Assembly (NCBI RefSeq): GCF_001194135.2
Contig: NC_068999.1
Coordinates: 41,280,210 to 41,344,209, forward strand
DNA length: 64,000 nt
From: Octopus bimaculoides
Taxonomy: Eukaryota
Direction: 5' to 3'
Shown here one piece after another: positions 54,953-64,000 of the stretch (position 1 is its first letter; every line of letters starts with the position of its first letter). The notes beneath the pieces were generated by a model. The model worked only from the letters and a program-made list of their open reading frames with translations, was not told where the DNA came from and searched no databases. The position numbers and the translations under genes were made by a program.

Positions 54953-56010
54953 TGCAAGATGGCATGTGATCAACCCTCGCTGGGTCATCTGGGTGAGGGG
55001 ATGACGGTCTGATGTTGAAAGAACCGAAACCCCCACAAACATTAGTGACGTTGCACACAGAGCATCCGCGAGATATAAAATAGACGTATATATATATATT
55101 GAAAGAGAGTCAGACAAGTAGATTGACAGAGTGGTTGTTCAAATATTTTGACATCACGATGGATGCACAAAGATACACGCGTCTGCATACGTGTACACAT
55201 ACATATACCCATGCATACATATACAAACACCTCTATCACGGACACACCAACTACGATACATATATGTACGCAGCGCCATCACATTATTTCGTACGTAAAT
55301 ATATGAAAACACTAAACAATAGACATTTCGCTCTCTCTCACTCACACATTCCACTATTCGAAGATCTTTATACTATCATATATAGACCTACATACAAACA
55401 CATGTCCATATATAAACTTAATAAACACAGTCTCTCGCCCCGCCAAGCAACACCAACCCAGCAATAACAACAACATCGTTAGTCCATAACTCACGCAAAC
55501 CGTCTGTCTAATTACTCCACCTTTAATCAACCAAATCAATGAAATATGACGGCGATGTTTGTTTTTCCTTGTTAATTATATTTAATTATGTTTAATTCGC
55601 TTGATTAACTAATCGTCTAGCAGTTTAAAGTGTCGTTAATCATCCAAGCGTGTAAACAATGACCGTGACACAAGTAAGTCTTTTCACACCACAACTTCCG
55701 CCATGACATTCAAAGCAGTGAAGCGGAAAACTGGCAGAAAATTTCTTGGGAAGATAAACATTTATAATGTAATATAAATTACAATGAAGAATTATAATAA
55801 AGTAAACTTAATTTTAAGTTCAGTACACTAACAAAAATGACTGTGAATTGACACTGAGGACCGGCACAACCAGCTTGCAAATACAGGCTGCAGGGAAAAA
55901 AAAGAAGAAACAATAAAAAACAATCTCTCGCACTGCCGTTAGAGTGACGCTAGTGAAGAAATTCAGGTGGAAATTGTCTTAAGATAGATTATGTTTTATT
56001 ATTTAATTTG

Positions 56011-57093
56011 TTATTACCTTCGCTAAGGCGGAGGTATTGTTTCCAATCGTATTTGTTAGTTTGTCCGTGATCAAGATATCTCAAGAAGCGATGGATGAAT
56101 TCAGATGAAACTTTCAGAGATGTTTGACGTCGTGACTGGCACGAATTGATTAGATTTTGGGATGGACAAGGATTTGGGATTATTTTTCCTGTTTTTTTTT
56201 TTTTTCCTTAGTGTGATAAACGCTTAATACTACTGAAGAAGTTTCAGAATTTCAGTGGATTATATTGAAACAAGTACATAACTGGTGAGAATGACCGTAA
56301 CATACGACTGGTACTAGCACTAAACAACTGGTACTTTGTTAATTACTCAAGTACAAATCTAATACTATCATTTTCAAGAGACAAGTCGTGTTTGCATTAA
56401 CAATCTCAATACAGAATTGTTTGTATTAACGACTCCACTATAGAAATGCGGAAAAAATATATCGGAGGAATGAAACACAAAGTCAATCCTCGCATGATTT
56501 GAACTCAAAAGTTAAAGGCAAACAACTCTTGGCTTCACCTGACACCTAACCATCTTCTTTCGTGTTATACGTCACAGCCCCGTTTTTTTTTCTTCTGTTT
56601 TATATAATAGAAACCATCAGGTGTGAGTATAACATAAATTACTCGACTTAATACGCAAACTTAATACAAACACACACAGTTACACAACACACACAGAGAT
56701 GTTTATCATCTCAGTTGAAACAGCTACGAATGAGACAAAACATTTCTTCACAGCCATATTGTCTATAATACCATAACTACTTCGGCTGCTTTCTTAAATA
56801 TTATTACAGTAATTCGGTTATTGCTAAATTATATTAGTTATTAATTGTTAAACTCAATTGTCATCGAGCTATAGAAAATATAATTCACACTTACTGTATA
56901 TTATCTACAGGCCTTTTAGTAATGAAGATGATGGTGATTATTATTATTTGACAGTGCAACATACGTCATCAAAGTGACGCAGGGGTACAAACTTACAAAG
57001 CCCAATATACCCATCGTGACTACTCAACTGATAAGGTTAGAGCAGGCACATGCATCACGACCTTGGCGGAGGTTTGCGCTCTCTGAGTGCTCT
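56011..57093 (+). mobile_element. Helentron-associated (HINE/DINE-1-like) non-autonomous element ends
   Basis: The 5' end ttattaCCTTCGCTAAGGcggagg (56017-28) is an imperfect inverse of the 3' CCTTGGCGGAGG (57061-72), which is followed by the short hairpin gcgctc-tct-gagtgc (57076-90). The two ends may belong to separate copies. Confidence 0.5.
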
Positions 57094-57348
57094 CTGGGTG
57101 CGCTGCATGGTGACCTCATATCAAGACAAACTGCGTATGACCTTACAATTTCTTTCAGATCGAGTAGCCCATCCCGCTCAAAAGGTCCCTGAATAAGGGC
57201 TGTTTAAGGATGATGAATAAAACACCCATGCTTCCAGGGGTTAATAATTCAGACCCTAAAGAGGTCTTCTCAATAGATGACTATGATGCTCTCCAACTAC
57301 ACTGTCCAATGATTCTTGTTATTAAAATCGTTGTGTTTCTAATTTCAG

Positions 57349-57519
57349 GGTGTTCAAGCAAATAACGAAGAAAGGTTCTGTATTGCTCTCCTACAAGTTG
57401 ATGTTCTTGCCCAAAACGATACGTCTTTGATATTTTCAAAATCCTTCTATGAAGCAGCTGTGGTTGAAAATGCCCCCGTTGGAACAAATATTCTTACTTT
57501 ACCTGTCATATACAAAGCC
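57349..57519 (+). CDS. Cadherin-family gene, internal coding exon C (GVQANNEERFCIALLQVDVLAQNDTSLIFSKSFYEAAVVENAPVGTNILTLPVIYKA), phase 0 to phase 0
   Basis: Acceptor ttgtgtttctaatttcag| and donor |gtaagt. The 171-nt exon is open and encodes the end of one EC repeat plus the hallmark start of the next (F-x4-Y-x-A-x-V-x-E-N-A-P-V-G-T). Confidence 0.92.
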
Positions 57520-57799
57520 GTAAGTATATTAGACATTTCTATTGGTTTTGGCTATTTTTCTTTTTCGACTTTTATTGTCTGAGAGATGTGTCCTTGCTAT
57601 TCATTTGTGTGTATGTAAGTATGTGTGTGCTTGGTTATGTACAAGTTTCTCATTCGTAATATTGTTCTCTCTATCTTTATTTCTCTCATTTTATACATAC
57701 AATCACACGTACACACGCGCACACACATACACACACACACGCACACACACATATAAATTGTATGAATTTATAAACTTCTTCAATCTCACATTCAACCAA

Positions 57800-58050
57800 C
57801 GTGACAAGAAGTTTGCTTCCTAACCACATGGTTTAGGGTTCAGTCCTACAACGTGACACACTGGGCAAGTGTCTTCAACCAAAGCATCGGGTCAACCAAA
57901 GACTTGTGAGGGGATTTGGTATGCAGAAAGAGAAAGAGGCCCGTTACGCGTATATGTGTGTGTGTCCCATCACCGCTTTATAATCAGTTCCGCAAAAGAG
58001 ACCGATAGAATAATTACCAGGCTTTACAAAACATATGGCTGGAAATTCTG
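57800..58050 (+). mobile_element. SINE family A, diverged and internally deleted
   Basis: aagtttgcttcctaaccacatggtt..ctgggcaagtgtcttc..gagaccgatagaataattaccaggc. Confidence 0.7.
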
Positions 58051-59818
58051 ATCGAGATCCTTATTTTCTTTAGGCGATATTGTTCAATACGAAGGTCAAT
58101 GGTTTAATTTGAGGGAAAGAAGGCTGTTGTTTCTAGCAGACCGAGCGATTATTTAAATGTTCATTCGATGATGCGTTGAAGGAGATGGAAATGTCAGAGT
58201 CAAAGAATGGAGAAAAAAACAATGCCCGGCTTATATACACAAAGTACACATACACAGTTTCGCTCATAGAAATGCATAAACGCTAGTATACAGCCATACA
58301 CACATACACATAAGCACTTATGATGCATATATTTTCACATATGCACATACGTGAAGAGATACGTATGCACATACCCACATCTTCACACAATCACTTAACC
58401 ACACATACATACACATGTACACACACACACACGTATATACGTATACACAGATTGGCAATTAATACGACCAGATATATACACGAACACTGACGCATATACA
58501 TATATGCCCGTGTATATACACACATAAAACCATACATGCATACACATATATTCGCATAAAGAACATAAAAAACGTACAGTTTCCCACTCACATACATATA
58601 AACCCACGCGCGTACACGAATACAGATCCCGTACATGTGTCCATACACACAAGCATGTGCATATATTTAATCCCACGCATTAGCACACCCACGCACAAAT
58701 AAATACATACACAACACTAACACAACCATACACAGAAGCCACTCGCATAGACGCATACACATGCAACGATGCACACTCCTACATAAACATGTTTGTGTGT
58801 GTGTGTGTGCCCGCGAATATACACACACATGCATATATGCAAATGTATACACGTATAAAGAGAAGCAGAATTATAAAGAAACGAAATGTATATTGTCTGT
58901 GTTTTCGGTTTTCATCGAAAACATTTTTCCAGTGGATTTCTTCCAGCAGCATATTGGTTAGTGCTCTCATAGGAATTAAACCAATGCTGATTTTAATGGC
59001 GTTCCTAAGTTATTATTATTATTATTATTATTATTTATTTATTTCATATTTCTTCCTTTTATGACGATCCCTTAGTGAGCAAACGGGCGTCTGTTTTAAA
59101 AGATACGTCATCACAGAGGTCCGATTTTAATGGGATTTTTTTTTGTTTTTTTGTTTTTATAACAACGTCACAAAGCTAAAAACAAAATGTTTTGTAGGAA
59201 AGCATGAATATAATCGATTTAATCGATTCCAATAATCGACGATTGATTCCTGTCTTTAAACCAATACCCCCCATTTCAACCTGCTCCCCTCACACGAAAA
59301 GATGAATGGCAAAATTAATCCCCTAGCGGGATTTTAATGCATTATACATAAAGGGAGATAACTAAATGGAGCAAGATATTTGCTCTTAATTTTATTTTGT
59401 CTTGTATATATATTTTTTTTTCTTTTTTTTTTTGTTTGAGCCGATGCTCACATGATGTTTTATGTTCATCTACATATAAAGCTTCATCAATATTTCTATA
59501 TTTAAAAGTTGTAAGTTGGCACAATCGTTAAAGTATCTGACAAAATGTGTATTTAACAACGAATTATGGCACTGCCGAGGTGTCGAAACCCTAATGATAT
59601 CCGTGGGGCAGCTGATGATGGAGGTATGTTGGATTGCTGGTATGGCTGTTTTTGTATATGTGGAATAGTGTTATAAGACATCCTTTTGATATATANNNNN
59701 NNNNNNNNNNNNNNNNNNNNNNNNNNNNNNNNNNNNNNNNNNNNNNNNNNNNNNNNNNNNNNNNNNNNNNNNNNNNNNNNNNNNNNNNNNNNNNNNNNNN
59801 NNNNNNNNNNNNNNNNNN

Positions 59819-59853
<35 letters not shown>

Positions 59854-61664
59854 GAAAAATGTATTGTAAATAAATAACGACACATAAAGAACGTATGCGT
59901 ATACTGAGTGTACAACCGGACAGGAGACAGACACAGAAGATCCCTAACTCTTCATCAGTTATCAACTAGATGGTAATATACGGTTTCGCACCATTAATGA
60001 TAAGACTGTTCTATGTGTGAACAAGATTTTAATGTTTCCACACATAGAACAGACGAAACGCTTAAACAAATTACGGAAGCTCCACACACAATAGAAGATA
60101 AACCTAGCCGAAATAGAAAACTAGAATGGAACATTAGCACACACACTCCATACACCACAACTTATGACAGAATACGATCCTCATAAACTGATAATAATAT
60201 GAAACTAATAGAATACACAAATAAATAAATAGAATTTTATATATATATCTATATATATATATATATATATATAAACATNNNNNNNNNNNNNNNNNNNNNN
60301 NNNNNNNNNNNNNNNNNNNNNNNNNNNNNNNNNNNNNNNNNNNNNNNNNNNNNNNNNNNNNNNNNNNNNNNNNNNNNNNNNNNNNNNNNNNNNNNNNNNN
60401 NNNNNNNNNNNNNNNNNNNNNNNNNNNNNNNNNNNNNNNNNNNNNNNNNNNNNNNNNNNNNNNNNNNNNNNNNNNNNNNNNNNNNNNNNNNNNNNNNNNN
60501 NNNNNNNNNNNNNNNNNNNNNNNNNNNNNNNNNNNNNNNNNNNNNNNNNNNNNNNNNNNNNNNNNNNNNNNNNNNNNNNNNNNNNNNNNNNNNNNNNNNN
60601 NNNNNNNNNNNNNNNNNNNNNNNNNNNNNNNNNNNNNNNNNNNNNNNNNNNNNNNNNNNNNNNNNNNNNNNNNNNNNNNNNNNNNNNNNNNNNNNNNNNN
60701 NNNNNNNNNNNNNNNNNNNNNNNNNNNNNNNNNNNNNNNNNNNNNNNNNNNNNNNNNNNNNNNNNNNNNNNNNNNNNNNNNNNNNNNNNNNNNNNNNNNN
60801 NNNNNNNNNNNNNNNNNNNNNNNNNNNNNNNNNNNNNNNNNNNNNNNNNNNNNNNNNNNNNNNNNNNNNNNNNNNNNNNNNNNNNNNNNNNNNNNNNNNN
60901 NNNNNNNNNNNNNNNNNNNNNNNNNNNNNNNNNNNNNNNNNNNNNNNNNNNATATATATAATCCTTTTGCACAATATAAGATGAAAACAAAACATCAACT
61001 TCGAAAGAGAAAGGAAGAGTAATTTATAACAATTTCCAATACAGTACTATATTGGAAATAATTAATGCCGTTACAAAAAAAAACAATACAACTTACTCTT
61101 TATGGATAAATTTGAAACACGTTTACACGCAAAATACTCAACAAAACACTCTGTAGAAAACCCTTCCACAAAGGTTAGTGACATTCTGTTAAACAAAAGC
61201 AATTTCTTTAATAAAATGTATTTTTCTCGTTATTGTTACTGCATCAAGCAATCTTTACAAAAGCTTTTAAATTCATAGATAGATAGATAGATAAATGGAT
61301 GGATGGATAAATAGATGCATGGATGGATAAATAGATAGATGAATGGATAAATAGATAGATAGATACGTGCATATATGCATTAAACGTATGTGTATGTGTG
61401 TGCATTATGTACATCTATGAATTTCGTTGCTATATATATGTATTATGAATATGAATATATGTATTACATATATATGCGCATGTATTTGAATCGGTATTAT
61501 ATATATCCGCATATAGATGCACACACACACGTATGTGCGTGTATGTGTATACAAAAATATATGATCCTTCTCTATGCACATATACAAGCATACATAAACA
61601 CACAGACGTCAGAAATCACTCACATACCTTACATGCATACATACACACACACTTATATTCATAC

Positions 61665-61708
<44 letters not shown>

Positions 61709-62464
61709 TCACCAGACACATAAATATCTTCTCGTTGAACTCTCAGCCAACCTTGTTTATATGCAACAATGTTACAAAGTCAGTGCTAATGCTTAATATA
61801 GTGAATTAAGATAATTGAATTAGTTAAAATTCCGTCTATATTGACGAGAATAAAGCCATTAGCTTAATGATAAAATCTGGTTAAACAGAACGTAAGGGGA
61901 GATAAATCAGAAATATGTTTCAATAAAAAAAAATGTAAAAGGTAATTAGTGATTAATTAATTTTATTTTTGCATTAATTAAAAATTAAATGCATTTTAAT
62001 TTATTGAAAATATAATGCATTTAAGTAGTCAGTAATGTTGGGGCGAATATACGAAATTTCCGTGTAATGATATAACAGGAAGTTAACGTAATCGAGTTTT
62101 CATGGCGGCATTTTGCGGACAGGATTTCAAGAGAATGTCCCGCATCTTAACGATTTCGTTACCAAAGATTAATGCTACTATGAAGTGCGTGTGAACCGGG
62201 CTATCTGTCAGGCATTCTAATTGATGGCAACTGGCCCTAAGTTGACCTACCATGAATCATAGAGGACATTAATATAGCTGAACTGTTACACGATATATCG
62301 AGGATGCTTCACGAAAATACTATCGGAGCAAACTCTCGGCGTTTAAATGATTTATGTGTAAGTGTGTGTGTGTCTGAATAGAGGGGAGAGGTAGGTATGA
62401 GCGTGTTTGTGTGTACGTTGATGCTTGATTCTATGATATATGTGTATATGTATACATATACGTT

Positions 62465-62577
<113 letters not shown>

Positions 62578-63325
62578 ATATATATATGTATATATATATT
62601 TATATATGTCCCTATATATATGTGTGCGGGCATATATATATATATATACGTGTACGTGTCTATTGAGAAGGAGGTCAATCTCTGTATGATTATATATGTA
62701 TATACCAATGTATATCCATATATATGTGCATTTAATGCTTGTGTACCCGTATGTGTCTGTGCACATACACACATATACATACATTCATACGAACACTTAT
62801 ATAGCCTTCGAGTTTCTTATGTTGCTTTGCAGGTAATAAATTATGGTACGCGTGTGTGTGATGTGATAAAGTTTGCGATCAGATCCACCTGGAACATAAA
62901 AAGAAAAAGATAGTGTTAACACTGCAAACTAGTCACCTTATAAAGAACACAATTTATGTGTATGATATGAGAAAAATCTGGCTGCTGTTTCTAGCAGAAC
63001 GTAAGTATATTTAGATGGCAGTGGTGAAGTACGGTTACCCTGCACCACTTAATTACATGCAACTACTACGAAACGGTGTCATTCAGTGATTTCCCTGCTA
63101 GAACCTCCTTGTCTCATCTCTTGTGTCAGTAGTTCTTAGGGAACCGGAAGAATCGTTTGAGTATAAATAAATAGTTTGTCTAATGTGTTTGGGCTTTCTG
63201 TGCCTTGAGTTCGATCAAGATTGAAGGATCAAGACATAGGATCAAGATTGAAATAGAATTTGAACCTTGATCTTTTTGGAATCGATAATTAAAATACTGG
63301 TTCACTGCTGGCATCCATTAACCCC

Positions 63326-63381
<56 letters not shown>

Positions 63382-63479
63382 GAGGAGGGATATAATATCC
63401 AGGCAGAATACCCAAACCACTAAGCTACGCGCCTTCATATTATATTAATAGATTATATTATTAGATATGATAAGCACAA

Positions 63480-63785
63480 GTTTATTTATATTGTATAACG
63501 GTATTGACCAGATTATCGAATGTTATACAATGCTGGTCACAATGCGTTTTACATAGTTATAGCTTTCCAATGACGCCACCCTACTGGCTAGGCGAACAGG
63601 CCAATATTGCCTCTGATCGTAGAACTATTCCGTCACAGGGTGACCCATTTGCTTCTGAGTGAACAGGAGAAACGTGAAAAGAAGTGTTTTGTTCAAGAAC
63701 ACAACGCATCGCCCGAACCTGGAATCGAACCCACGATCTAGCTATCGTGAGCATAATACCCTAACCACCAGGCCACGCGTTTTCA
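63480..63785 (-). mobile_element. SINE family C with a recognisable tRNA-derived head
   Basis: Minus strand: A-box-like tggcctggtgg, B-box ggttcgattcc, then gcgttgtgttcttgaacaaaacact body. No intact cloverleaf or CCA end. Confidence 0.75.
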
Positions 63786-64000
63786 CATATATTTGTAACA
63801 GTCCAGTCTTTTTTTCTCACGTTGAGACATGCTGAGGGATCCGGATTATTATATGTGTGAGCTGAATGGCTTACAAGTATATTTTATTAATTTTACCAGC
63901 TGAAATTCGGTTTCGGCAATCAAAACTGAATACTGACCGACCAGACGGACGGGGAATCAACAGTTGTTCTCGTTAATAGATCTGATGGCATATAAATGTC

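Noticed and set aside
59560-59630. GAAAC and CTGATGA motifs suggesting a permuted hammerhead (also 59945-59990 on the minus strand)
   Set aside because: Stems I and II do not pair in the required register.
62833-62913. Possible next cadherin exon (VINYGTRVCDVIKFAI...) after a tttgcag acceptor
   Set aside because: Runs into a stop, has no convincing donor and shows only weak motif similarity; it cannot be supported without RNA data.
63715-63785. tRNA gene
   Set aside because: Only A/B-box-like head sequence continuing into a SINE body; no complete cloverleaf.

Overview
AT-rich animal genomic DNA, packed with microsatellites and broken by about 17 large N-gaps (roughly 7 kb). The repeat landscape and SINE types point to a coleoid cephalopod, probably Octopus (inference). 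Nearly all supplied ORFs are translations of (TA)n/(CA)n/(GA)n tracts or N-runs. The one supportable host gene is not in the ORF track. It is three small + strand exons (7053-7137, 23580-23674, 57349-57519) with GT-AG ends and compatible phases, which splice to 117 codons of cadherin ectodomain resembling the PCDH15/Cad99C/CDHR5 type, so the whole window appears to lie inside one very large cadherin gene. The introns hold at least three tRNA-derived SINE families, decayed mariner and Tc1 transposases, an R4/Dong-type retrotransposon fragment, an L2/Rex1-like LINE fragment and Helentron-type (HINE-like) ends. Two RNA-level signals stand out. (1) A 35-bp pri-miRNA-like hairpin lies at 612-691, sense to the host gene. 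(2) Several fold-back (inverted-repeat) elements carry or sit near minimal hammerhead ribozyme motifs, one with an intact-looking core and stems (53915-53960) and several decayed, as expected for Penelope-like element termini. All homology statements come from motif recognition by eye, not database searches.
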